From: Tubulanus polymorphus
Taxonomy: Eukaryota; Animalia; Nemertea
DNA: 64,000 nucleotides
Reading direction: 5' to 3'
Assembly (NCBI RefSeq): GCF_964204645.1
Contig: NC_134026.1
Coordinates: 18,014,150 to 18,078,149, forward strand
The stretch's first letter is position 1; each line of letters opens with the position of its first letter. The position numbers were made by a program, and so were the translations under genes. Under the pieces are notes generated by a model. That model saw nothing but the letters and a program-made list of their open reading frames with translations, did not search any database and had not been told where the DNA came from. This document shows positions 26,388-38,028 of this stretch, one piece after another.

Positions 26388-29300
26388 CTAGAATAAGTCA
26401 TCTTCGCAGACCATGTCCTCCTCTGCCTCACTACCTGCCCGGTCCGCGGAGTCGTTTTCGTATTCGTCTGTGTCCACGTCCATATCCTTGTGGGTACTGG
26501 CTGTGTTGGACGCACTGCCAATTTCTCTTTTCAGCTGCATGAGTACTTGAGCTCTAAACAGTTCCTTGTCTATATTGTCGTCTCCGACCAGGTTTGGATA
26601 GTGCGCTTGCATGATGAATTCCATTTCATCCATGTTGTCCGTATCGGTGAATGTTAGAATGTTTTCGGTCAAGTACTTGGCAAGCTTAGCCCAGCTTACG
26701 TCTCCATCCTCAATAGTATTGAGTAATTGGTCGATATCGATACGTTTTAGGGTAGCCTCTATCCTCTCGTCCCATCCCCAGTCGCTGGCGCCTTTTCCTG
26801 CGTTGAAATCTTTTCGTTTGTATGCCGGGCACATCGGTCTTACAACCAACACGTTAACATCGCTCTTGGTCATCATGGCCGCGTTTGTGTCGACTGTGTT
26901 GTCTTTGAACCGTTTTAGACTTGGGTTTTGTAACAAGTTGTTGAGTACATAACCCTGGTGGTTATTTGGACAACTCCCGCTTTTGACAGAGATGTAGTAG
27001 TTTTTGCCGTCTTTGGAATCGTACGAAGAAAATTGATGGGTACCGTACACGATGGCAACTCCCGAGATATTGTTGAAGCACGCAGTGTCGGTGATAGCGG
27101 GTTGTATATTACATTCAGCCATGTAGGCCGTTTTCAGCTGCTTCATGGTGTTACCGATTCCCTCAACTTTGTTGGGTAGAACGAGTTGTGTCAGGCATAA
27201 ATCGGTAAGAGCGGCTTTCCTTTCGCAATCTCTTGAACCCACCATATTGACAGCTCTATGGCTTCCTTCGTCAAGGGTAATCTGACGGAATTTCTTTGTT
27301 GGTGTTTTGGCTCCATAGACCACACTGGCTGACAACAGGGCGTGTAGTTGTCCCACGAACGTATATCTAATCTGTTTACCTTCTTCCATCAGAGTTTGTT
27401 TGAGAAAGTCGTAGGTAAGGTCGGATATTCTCAGCGATTTCTTATCGAAAATGTCAGCCAAGTGTTGAGATACAAAACGCACTAAACTACCGTGTTTGCC
27501 GACACACTTTCTTGTACCATCTTCTAGTTTAGTTACGTTGCAAGATCTCATTTCAGTGTTCAAATCGTCAAATCTTCTGGCTAGGCCGCGCAGCAATCCT
27601 TTGAGATCGCGATCAACGTGCATGGCCAAGTCAGGTCCGTTGGTTTTTGTTTCTCAGAGAAATTCTACGATATGACCAATGCCCTTTGTTATTGTGTCTT
27701 CTCGGGTGAATCCATCGCCGGCGAAAAACTTTGTCAACATACCGGGCTGAGTTATTATGTTGCCGATGGTTTTTATGTCCGCTTTCAGAATTGGGTAGTT
27801 TGCATTGTATAACTCGTTCAGGTCGCCAGCTTCACCTTGGATATTGTAAGTTGACGAAGTTAGCGTATCTGCAGACGAGTGGCCGCCGACCAAAAGCATA
27901 GCTTCATCCTCTTGATTCTCCTTTCTCTCCTTTTCACGTTTGAGTGCCAGTTGAACGCTGGTCGCATCAGCAGTTGCGTTGTCTTGATGGGTATTGTTAG
28001 AACTGCCGTCAGTTGATGGTTTTGGGGAACAGTTGGTGGTATTTGTTAGATGAGGTTTCTTGGCATCCTCAAAATGGAACAAATCACCCTTGTACACGTA
28101 CTGGGTCGGGTAGGTCAAATTGTCTACCATGATGGTTTTGTTTTTCCTACGTTCTCCATCATCTTTGATGGCCTCTTTCGAGAAAAACAGATGAGGTAAA
28201 TTGACACTCTGCATCTTGTTTTTGGATGAAGCTACGGCTTTCATACGTGTCGCAATCCAAATTGATTGATTGGCTGGGTACTCTTCATCGTCGTCTTTTT
28301 CCGAGTCTTCGGATTCACTGGCACTACCGGATTCGTTGTCGACTCTTTCTTTTTTGATCGATTTCTTCTTCCCCTCTTCATCTTCGCCAATGTCCATGTT
28401 GTCTTCGTTTGCTTTGAAGAAATCGTTGATAAAATGGGTACGCATATCCACACTGGTCGAGTTAACTATTCCAGTGCAAGGTCCGCCTTTATTTTCTCGT
28501 TTCAACAGATCGGCACACGATACATGGTTTACAATGCCGACTTCACCTTTGTGAACTGCCTCGGTAACAACCATGTGTTTGCACAGACAAAACGCTTGTG
28601 TAAGTGCCATCGCTTTCATATGAGGACTAGAGACCAAGTCTGTTGGTGCGTAGCCGGTCATTTTTCTGTTGAGCTCCTTTTCGTTTGATTCTGTATGAAT
28701 TTTCACAAGTCCGCTTCCGACATCTCGTTGTAATTCGTCTATACCCATACCTAGAACTTCTGCTGTTCTGTGAAATACTTTGCTGGCGTATGAGACTACA
28801 TTTTGCACGTAAATCCTAAAGAGGACTGTTGCGGTTTTAGTTTTGAATTCTTCATCTTGTTGCATTACGATGCGTTTCATTGTCTCCTTACAACGAATCA
28901 CGATTTGATCGTCTGTAGTTGGGTAAAGTTCTTTATCCGTTTCCATGTACGTCTGACGCCACTTGGCCATCATCGCAATCAATTCGTCCATGAATCCGTC
29001 TTGTTGAATGGTAGTCAGAACGGTCTTTTGTAGAGATGGTTCAGCTGTAGCGGCATCAGTGCTATCGTCATTTTCCTTGGGTAATTGACTTAGGATAAAA
29101 GACAGTCTGGCCACTAACAACGAGTTTGCGATATGACGTTCCAGGGTAGCATATTGGTCTTCCTTGTTAACTACTTCTGAATCAACCGCTTCCTCTGTTG
29201 TCTGTGGTGAATTGGGTAATTCAGCATTTTTTGATTTCTTGCTGACCTTCTTGGATTTTTTCAAGGACTTGTGTTTTTTCCCATCTTTCCTCTTACGCTT

Positions 29301-32300
29301 TCTGCTGCTACTGGTCTCGTCGTCATCGTCCGATGAGGATGAAGCGTCGTCACTGCTGCTATCTGAACTCTCATTTGCCGCAGTAGTTTCCTCGTCTGTC
29401 TTTTTGTCGGAATTTTCCAACAAACTTTTGTAAACGTTCATTGTCATCGACTTGGACTTGACACAATCGACCAATATCTTCAACTCTGCTGCATTGGCGC
29501 CAACGACCTCGTAAATTGCATTACGAAGGGCGCTGTCTACAAGCATATCCTCGTGTAACATGTCTTCGGTGACAATCGTGTCTTTAGATTTGTTGTTGCC
29601 CTGGGTAGTCTGCTGCTTGCGTTTTTCAGTCTTGGCCCACTCTACTGCATTTTTGTTATCGAAAAACATTTCTATCCAGTCTGTTGGCTTTACTTTGACG
29701 TCGATCAGTTTCGATTGGTTGTTTTCACTTTGAATCTGATCAATCTTTTCGGAGACAGAGGCATCATCGTCTGTTTTTTTCAGACTTGTTATGTCCATGG
29801 CTTTTTGGAAAGATGGCATGAAGCGAACATTGTTGTTCACGACGTTGCTCAAAATTACCAAGGGTATGGCCTTTGAGAAGGTAGACACAGTTTTGTTGTA
29901 CTTTTTGTCTTTTTTCTTTTCCAAATCGGCACTCTTTTCTACGACTCCTGGGACAGCTGCTGACGTGGTCGCGGTATCAGCCGTATTAGATCCGGACGAA
30001 TCCGTGCCTTCTTTCTGGGTAGTGGCTGTTGGGTCTGTTGTTGTACCAGGGACACTGGTCTCTGCCGCCTTTGCGTCACTCTCTTCTTTGAATTTGTTCC
30101 TTTTCAAGTTCCTTGGTTGATACTTAAACTTGTCCTCCGTATGAACGATCGCCAGCCCACCGAATTTGTTTGCGTTTTCGATTCCAGACTTTTTGCACAC
30201 CAACATACCGTGAATATTTGCACTCCTATTAGAAGCCGCATTGGTGTCCAGGACGTTCTGGTTGTTTGAGTCGTTGGTAAGGAGATTATAAAAGTTTTTC
30301 CCATTGTCCATTACCAACATGGGCTTGAGTTCACCACCCACAATGAGTGTTATGATACAGTGGGTCAGATAACAGAAACAAAATTGTTTCTTTGTAGAGT
30401 CGTAGTAGGGTAATCCGCTGTAACAGTCGGGACACTCTTCGTTGGGCTTAATTTTTCCACCGCGTCGCGTAGATCTCACCGCCTTGTTTTCAAACACACT
30501 AATTTGATGCTTACCACTGGAGCCCTCTGGGAACAGAACATTTTCCAATTGGGTAATATCTCCTTTGCACACAATCAACAACCATTTGGTTATCATGTTG
30601 GTCAATCGCGCACACGAGTATTTGGCCAATTTGGCAAATAGGATGTCGAATATTGTACTCATTCGGTCGATGTGTGATCCAGAGCGACAGATTGTTCTAT
30701 AGAAACCGTGTCGTTTATCTTTTTTATCGTTGTGGAACATTTTATAGATGAGTTCGGGGCTAAGTTCTCCAAATTCGTCAAGACCCGTTTCGGTACAATA
30801 CATCTCGCTGCCTTTTGACTTGATGGCTTTTATTTTGTTTATACGAGCATTGTCTGTCTTGTACTTGTTTCCCCAACTGTCCTTGATGTGTACATCGGTG
30901 ACCACTCGGTCGGTAAAGGCACCACCGCTAATATCGAACATCATGCTTACTTCAAAACCGTATCCACTCGACACTATACCGTTGGCGTACATGTGTGTTA
31001 ATTTGAGCTTTTCTTCCTCTGTGAGTTCTGATACCTTTTTCGGTAGCTTTACCTTATTGCCAGTGGGTAACTTGGTCTCTGGATCTATTTCGTCCACTTC
31101 AAGCACAACGATGAGGTTTTCTTGTTTTGCCAAATCAGCAACCTTGTTGTCTTGGGGAGTCTTTTCGTTGTTGTACGATTCTACAAATTTATCCAACTTG
31201 TTCTTCAATTGTAGACGCATGTACTCTTGGTCGTTGGCTGGGTAATTCGCTCTCAGGTTGTCACCTATTATTCGTTCTCTGGTGTCGCTGCGTTCCAACT
31301 CTTTACGTTTTTCTTCCGTGAGATTTGCGCGTTCTTTGTTTTTGTCCGATTTCATCTTAGTCAACATTTCTTCCGTGTAGCGGACCTTGCCGTTATGGGT
31401 AACATATGTTTCTTCGCCATACATGTTTACATTTCCGCGACCGTTTCGCATTCGACTTAGAGGAATCGCATCGCTGATAATGTTGGCGAGCATGCTGGTC
31501 TTCTGATCGACCGTTGAGACGCGCTGTTGGCTATCTTTAGAGATGGTACCGTGTACCAAATCCAAATGGAACATGTAATTTACCATGGCCATTTTTTGTG
31601 AATATACTTGGTCTCTGAACACTTTGTTGTTCTTAAATTTCTTCAACTCTTCAATGGTGGGCTTCATTTGAATCGTGTTGGGTGTATTGGACCTGACAAC
31701 AACGTCTACCAGAGAGTAAAGTTTATCACAGATGCCTTTATGAAGTGGGTGAGTATCTTCTACGTAGTGCAAGTGACAGTCGAGTATAGTGTCGGCTAGA
31801 GTCGATCCAAGTTTAGCCCTGGCCTCTGGACCATCGATGTAGGCAGCCAAATCACGACGTCTTAGATTGAATTCATTTGGGCCGTACACAGGCACCATGA
31901 AACAATAATTGTCTAACAGGTCATCTCGAGCTTGGTTTTTCTCACTTACAGGTGATTCTTCGCCGCCGTCGGTTGTGGTTGTGGTGGTGGTGGTGGTGGA
32001 GTCAGGACCTTGGATTACCGGTTTAATGAACCGATGTCTGACCTGACCATTCAAGTAACCATTGTTGATATGCATTTTGAATGTGACAGGACTGACTCGG
32101 AGACACGAATCAGATTGTCGTTTTGACGAGGACGCGGTGGTGGACTTGCCGTTGTCTTTTTTAGACTTTGATTTTTTCTTTTTGGTCGTGGACGATGCAT
32201 TGTCGTCTCTCATAGCCTTGTTGTATTTTTTGTCGGCTATATCGCGACAGTACGTCAATGCAGTGGTCTTGTCTAAAAACAGCGCCAACACAAAATCGCA

Positions 32301-33005
32301 TCGTTGCTCTTCGGGTATATTGGGAAAGTGTCTTGTCCAAATTCCTTCTAGCAATTCTTGATCCATCTCGGTAAAGCCCGTGTAAATGGTATCCGAGTTG
32401 TATCCCTCGGATGATGCCAAAAACGCGGCGCTGTTATCGGTGTCGGTGGTTATCAATTCCTTCATTCCTTTAGCCATTTTGTTAACCGTTTCGGTTTCGA
32501 TTAGGGGTATTTTTCCAGGTTCACCCTTGTGGAACTTTTCGTACTCAGGTGAAACGATGTGCTGACCACCGCTAAGAATTATGGCAGTTGTACATGCCGG
32601 AGCGCCATTGTTTTTAAAACTAATAGTCAACTTGTCACCGCTGCCGTCATAGGTTACACTTCGCGATACTTGAATAGTGGTCGGCATAGAAGGAAAACCC
32701 GGATTCGGCAGCTTGCTATCAACTGTTCCCGTTTGACCGTAAATTTCAACTCCTACCATGTCTATAGGGTCTATACCGGCGAACTTGCTTTTATGTATGG
32801 CCACAATGCTGTTTATAACAGCTGTAACCGACGATTCGCCTGCGTAAATATCGTTCATATCTTGTTTATTTTGGGCAATTGCTTCTTCGTATCTGTTTAC
32901 GAATACTTTCTCTCCGGCATCATCACCACTATTATCAGAACCACCTGTCTTGGTCGCGCTGCTGCCAGTGGTGTTGGGTTTTTGTTGAGAAAAGTATTGA
33001 TCCAT
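26388..33005 (-). CDS. ~2200-codon viral ORF interrupted by one in-frame TGA (1783 aa + 8 codons + 413 aa); candidate ICP8-like ssDNA-binding protein
   Basis: TTT CTC TGA GAA ACA AAA ACC AAC GGA CCT GAC TTG GCC ATG: both track ORFs share one frame. CPDC...CFCYLTHC Zn-like cluster and acidic tail ending EDDLF. The function is weak inference; the coding status is strong. Confidence 0.6.
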
Positions 33006-33636
33006 TTTTGTATTTTTACTATCTATTTAGCTATGGGTAATTGGGTAACAAAGTAATTTTTTAGAAAATGTTGGACGCTGAGTAAGCTTAAGCTTGGTTG
33101 GCCAACTTGTTGCCTAGACGTGTGTTCTAGTCAATATGAAAATATCTGTACTGTAACCGCTTTTATGTGTACAGTGGGAGGTGAGGAAAAAAATCGAACT
33201 TGGTAACAAAAATTTTTCGGACTTTGATATTTTCGGACTTTTCAATTTTTCGGACTTGGAGCATATCGTAACATACCTAACCCGAAAAAATTTGTATCTC
33301 GCGCGCTATCAAAACTGGTAACCCGTAAATCGTTTGGTCCATATCTGTGTTAGAACTCGTCCATGATGGATACATATTATTATCAACCTGCCTCACAGGT
33401 AACGTTTTACGGTTACAATAATACAGTGAGGTGGGATAATAATGCTCTAAAAGACGACAAGATCTACTTCGGCTGTTGTGTTTCCATCGGCAAATTTTGG
33501 TGACATGTTACCCGAGATCAAGAAGGACCATGAACGGTAGTCTCTGGACTACGCTATGGAAGACCAGTTACGCAAAGACATGAACAATTATTGAATTTGT
33601 GAAAAAATTGTTGAATTGTTTATGCAATAAAAAATA

Positions 33637-34066
33637 CGAAGTGGTTATTTACAGAGCACATGCTCTGAGAATAATCTAAACTTCCTGTCTTGCATCCAGA
33701 GCAGATATTACATTAACATAATTCATTCCTCAGTACATCATGGCGGATTTTTCCGAAAGGCCGCGCTGATCCGCATTAGGGCTGTTTTAAACGATCTTTT
33801 CTCCTTCGATAGAGCAAGACTGGAGTATCAAACAAAAAAAGAGTTGACCTTTCTGTGAAACATTTGTGCACATTAGAACAGGCTGCCAAAAAGACAGTAA
33901 CATCATCCCTAAGGCAAAACTTGCACAGCAGAGTCTGAATAAATTATGATAAATTTGCTGTGAAAATAAGAAATTAAGAAAACTGAATATCATTGGATCC
34001 AGAGTGCTCTGGATGCAAGGTCAATTTTAGATATTATTTTCAGAGTATGCTCTGTAAATAACTTCG
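33637..34066. mobile_element. MITE-like element with ~70-bp imperfect inverted ends inside the viral block
   Basis: GTTATTTACAGAGCA...CTTGCATCCAGAGCA on the left is mirrored by TGCTCTGGATGCAAG...TGCTCTGTAAATAAC on the right. TSD not resolved. Confidence 0.65.
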
Positions 34067-34136
34067 GCCTAAAAAATATCTAAAAACTATTTTTATTTTC
34101 TGTCTGTAAACAAATTTCACAATAACACCATGTGTG

Positions 34137-36185
34137 CTAATAATTTACAACAAATGTTGTTTGTGCTTTGTTGGTAGATCTATCATAGGTGTAGCACCCG
34201 TCTAAGTTGAGATCGGCAGATCTGTCCTTGAGTTTGTATTTTTCAATCATAGCTCTGGTAGGCTTCATGGGTATGGTGGGAGGACCGTCGCCAGTACTGC
34301 ATTTATAAGCCAAGTACCAACTCATGCAAACGCACACGCTAATATCGTCCAACTTGCCAGATCCTTTACCGGTCACTTTGTTATTTTCGTATCTCACATT
34401 ACCCAACTGTTGGCTAATTTCAAAGGGTACGCTACAATTTGGTCCCGTGTACATGCTGACCGTGATCACAGGACTTGCACACTTTATTTGACCCACGTTC
34501 AGATAATCATGGAAGAACGACATGTACACGTTCACCTTTTCACCTTGCAACAAATAACCAACGTTGTACGTTCTCCTTGCAAAATCTTCGTTTTCAGCTG
34601 TTTTAGCCGTAACCGAATAACAGTCTGCTTCTAACATTGAAGACAAGTCCCGGTTGATGGCTGTATTCGTGGCATTATCCAAGTGAGTGCCTAATTTCGT
34701 CTTGTATTTACCGGCAATGTTTTTCAGCCTAGACTTCCACCGGGTGTTCAACTGACGCTGAGCTGAGAGTCGTGCACTTCTCATCGACTGTCTGATGGCC
34801 ACTTCATTGTCATCGGACGAATACTCATCTTCGCTGCTACTGCTGCATTCTGAATTGCCCGGAGACCACTCGTCCGTACTATCATCAACTGCCAAAGAAA
34901 ACTTGGCTCGTTTCGTTAATTTGCGCGAGTATTTATCCGAATTGATGTTGGATCGTTTCGTCCTGTTCTGACGCTGCAATCGTTCGTATGCCTTATTGGC
35001 CGAGGTGAGTTCTCGTTTCATCTGCTGCAAAGAAACGTCTTTAAAGTTGCCACCCTCATCTCCGTGATACTTGGCGTATTGGGCTGCCGACAACGAGTGG
35101 ACCACATAATCCACCGATACATGTTGAAGCAGATAACTATTTTGGTAAAAGTTATTGTCAAATTCAGTTTTGAAATGATTCAACTGAAAGCTGTTGGCTT
35201 CAACTGCAAGTACATATTTGTCAAAATAGTTGTAGTATCGGGTAATCATAACGAACAGGGTAATCAATCGTTTGGCAATGGCTATGGACGGAGAGGCACT
35301 ATGAGTATCTACTTCTGAAGCATCGAACGTATCTGCTGCCACTACGACGTAGTATTCTGGTTGCGATTTTACTTTGCTCATAATACATACGGCATTTTTA
35401 CTGATATCTTTGGGTGCCGTGTCGGTATACACGTAAAGTCGTTTATCGATAACCATCGGATTTTCAACCACACCGTCTATGTGCTGTTTGAGTAAAAACG
35501 GATCTCCGGCCAAAATGCTAAGTCCCCGATCGTTGGCCATTTTACCGAATCTCATCGCCTGTTCCACTAACGCATTGACACTTTGACCTTTTTGCATGTC
35601 TGGTGGCAGTAGACCCATTTCGGCCAAGGGTACACATTTATTTTTCGTGGCCATGACTTCGGTGAGATTTCTATGTCCCAAGCTCAGAGACAAATGGTAA
35701 GGTTGGCCCATGTTGCAGAGACACCGTGTAACCAGCACTCCTTTTTGTAGAACTGCGGGTAAGTGAGCTTTACAGACGAATACCACACTGAGAAATCTGA
35801 TCTGCGGATGTCGTTTTGATTCCAAGTCCATCCATTCTGCACCAGCATTTTTCCCATTATTGAGTTTTATACCCAACTTGGCGGCTACCACAGCAGCTTG
35901 GTTTTTCTTCTGCTGTTTAGTAATCAACTGACGCTCCTCCATGGTGAGTTTCGACAGCGCCTTTTGAATCGTACGTTCGTTCATGTCTGCAAAGTCACCA
36001 CCACTGCTACTGCTCAGAGATTCATTTTCAAGCTGTTCGTTGGTAAGTCGATGTGAACAGAAAATCTCCAGCCGACTGTCTTTGATTTGTATAAATCCAA
36101 GTATGACGGCAGTGTGTTCGTCAGTGTTTGATATGAAGGCTGCTTCGTCCCACATAAACTTCGTTGCCGAGTCTCCGCGACCAGC
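34137..36185 (-). CDS. TRM3: DNA packaging terminase ATPase/nuclease subunit, exon 2
   Basis: Acceptor tttttttcttgtctactttcag, then AGRGDSATKFMWDEAAFI (Walker B; cf. GIRGQDFNLLFVDEANFI). Also VVFVCKAH..RCLC and RNase H-like LYVYTD, LAVEANS, GKGSGKLDDISVCVCM. Confidence 0.93.
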   Translation of the reverse strand, partial: AGRGDSATKFMWDEAAFISNTDEHTAVILGFIQIKDSRLEIFCSHRLTNEQLENESLSSSSGGDFADMNERTIQKALSKLTMEERQLITKQQKKNQAAVVAAKLGIKLNNGKNAGAEWMDLESKRHPQIRFLSVVFVCKAHLPAVLQKGVLVTRCLCNMGQPYHLSLSLGHRNLTEVMATKNKCVPLAEMGLLPPDMQKGQSVNALVEQAMRFGKMANDRGLSILAGDPFLLKQHIDGVVENPMVIDKRLYVYTDTAPKDISKNAVCIMSKVKSQPEYYVVVAADTFDASEVDTHSASPSIAIAKRLITLFVMITRYYNYFDKYVLAVEANSFQLNHFKTEFDNNFYQNSYLLQHVSVDYVVHSLSAAQYAKYHGDEGGNFKDVSLQQMKRELTSANKAYERLQRQNRTKRSNINSDKYSRKLTKRAKFSLAVDDSTDEWSPGNSECSSSSEDEYSSDDNEVAIRQSMRSARLSAQRQLNTRWKSRLKNIAGKYKTKLGTHLDNATNTAINRDLSSMLEADCYSVTAKTAENEDFARRTYNVGYLLQGEKVNVYMSFFHDYLNVGQIKCASPVITVSMYTGPNCSVPFEISQQLGNVRYENNKVTGKGSGKLDDISVCVCMSWYLAYKCSTGDGPPTIPMKPTRAMIEKYKLKDRSADLNLDGCYTYDRSTNKAQTTFVVNY

Positions 36186-36221
36186 CTGAAAGTAGACAAG
36201 AAAAAAACACCATTATAACAT

Positions 36222-36810
36222 TTAGGGAAGCGGAGGAAATGCGACACGGCGGTATTGTGTCCTGCGGCTGTCGGACAAGAACCGAGACGAGATACACGAT
36301 AGCAGCTGCAAGCCGTGTCAGGATGATGGTGAAATGTGTTGGAGAATCGGTGAAGTGTTGGACAATGTGAAAAATTGTGAAAGTTGGAAATTTCAAAAAA
36401 GTCCCCCAGAAAATCAAAAACAGTGACACTATACTATAGCTGGGGTACCGGGGTTCTGGGGTATTTGGGGTACTTGGGGTACCAAAAAAATAGTACTAAT
36501 TCAAGTTCCAAAAATTCTGTTAAAATGGAACAGTCACCTGTTTTTTTTCTGGTACCCCAAGTACCCCAAATACCCCGGAACCCCGGTACCCCAGCTATAG
36601 TATAGTGTCACTATTTTCGATTTTCTGGGGGACTGACTTTGGTTCACATCCATCACAAACTTTTTTTAATTTTTCCAATTTTTGTAAGTTCTTCATTTTG
36701 TCGACTTGGTCGTTTTTGGTTAACAGACTTGAAACGGCTACAGCATGCTTCGTCTCGGTTCTTGTCCGACAGCCGCGAGACACATTACCGCCGTGTCGCA
36801 TTTCCGCTTC
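36222..36810. repeat. Nested palindromic element, copy 1 (candidate origin or recombination site)
   Basis: Inner ~85-bp inverted arms (AGTCCCCCAGAAAATC...GGGGTACC) around a ~60-bp loop. Outer inverted ~55-bp motif GCGACACGGCGGTA.TGTGTC..GCGGCTGTCGGACAAGAACCGAGACG. Confidence 0.9.
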
Positions 36811-36971
36811 TCTAATCAAGTATGGGTGGACTGAATGGAGGGTTTGATAAAATATTATTGAGCAAGGTAGCATGTTTGATATACACTCACAATTGGTCAC
36901 AGAGTTACGTATGAGAATAAAAACATATAAGGACTACCCTACTACCCATAATTTGTTATCAATACGCTAAG

Positions 36972-37904
36972 TTGCTTCTCGCAAACGCTTATCGGTTTAA
37001 TATGACCATGTCTAAGTTAACAACACGATCGTCAAAATGCAACAAGTTGTCGTTCGTGGTGGCGACAATGTTTGTCTTTATTGCGATCTCTATAGCCAGT
37101 GCAGACTCTCTTGTCGCCGATGGATACAATGCCAGAATTGACAAGCATGGATACAAATTGGTCGACATGACATACAAACAGACTAGTCAAAATAAAGAAA
37201 CATCGCTGATTGCCTCAGACAAGCATACCAGCAGAGAAGATATGCCTTCCGAATTCTTGGTGAAAATCGAAATACCCAAATTACAAACTCAGAACGCCGG
37301 CAATCAAGCTACCGAGACAAAGTTTTTCATGTACTTTATGCGAAACAGTCACGACATTTTCACCCGCTATCAATTCCTTCATGTTATTGGAGCTAGTGCC
37401 ACCGACATTGCGACGAAAAAATGGGGAAGCGTTTCCGCCAACAAACTTTTGTCTGCCGAGAAGACATACTTGAACAAGAACGACCAACAAGAATTTACCA
37501 AGTTATATGGCGAGGTTGCTAAGATTAACTGGGGACACATTGCCGGTGTGTCGAAAATACAAGAAGGATCAGATGACCATTCCATGTTATTGGGAACCGA
37601 CGCGACTGCTAGTCAAACCAATGTGGCAATCGATTTGTACAAAGAACACGGCACCAACAAGATTTTTTCAATTAATTTCCATATGTTCAATACGCTTGAA
37701 ATGAGTACCCGAGCAAAAGAACTCGTCGAGCTTCAACGACTGGAAATGAGAGGTCGTGAAGAAATTGACAGAGATACCACCCACAGGGGTCAGATTGTAA
37801 AGGGTCAACTTGGTTTTGGCGCAATTATTGGAATTGTGTTGGCAGCGGTAACTGTTTTGATTTTGTTAATTTGCCTGATCACTTGGTGTGTGAAACGTCG
37901 TTAA
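36972..37904 (+). CDS. Type I membrane protein in the terminase intron
   Basis: N-terminal hydrophobic signal (FVVATMFVFIAISIASA), C-terminal TM and KRR tail. The true start is probably a downstream ATG (~37002-37008). Confidence 0.8.
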   Translation: MLLANAYRFNMTMSKLTTRSSKCNKLSFVVATMFVFIAISIASADSLVADGYNARIDKHGYKLVDMTYKQTSQNKETSLIASDKHTSREDMPSEFLVKIEIPKLQTQNAGNQATETKFFMYFMRNSHDIFTRYQFLHVIGASATDIATKKWGSVSANKLLSAEKTYLNKNDQQEFTKLYGEVAKINWGHIAGVSKIQEGSDDHSMLLGTDATASQTNVAIDLYKEHGTNKIFSINFHMFNTLEMSTRAKELVELQRLEMRGREEIDRDTTHRGQIVKGQLGFGAIIGIVLAAVTVLILLICLITWCVKRR

Positions 37905-38028
37905 GGACAAAGAGGACTGGTGAGAAAAAAATGTATCTACGATTTTTGTAACCCACAATGTTCATATTTTATATTTCTAAATAATTGTACATTTTGCCAT
38001 TTATATCCTACCCACTACAAAGAACAAC

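Noticed and set aside
17000-26400. piggyBac transposase as in Teratorn
   Set aside because: No piggyBac motifs or TTAA-flanked TIRs were recognised near the junction.
27654-33005. DNA or RNA polymerase
   Set aside because: No PolB (DxxSLYPS, YGDTDS) or RNAP (NADFDGD) motifs were seen.
36421-36440. SP6 promoter or vector contamination (GTGACACTATA)
   Set aside because: Partial match only, and it is an integral part of a natural palindrome arm present four times.
36121-36900. Short ORFs in the palindromic elements (also 61228-62344)
   Set aside because: They arise from repeat and microsatellite sequence and recur in both orientations.
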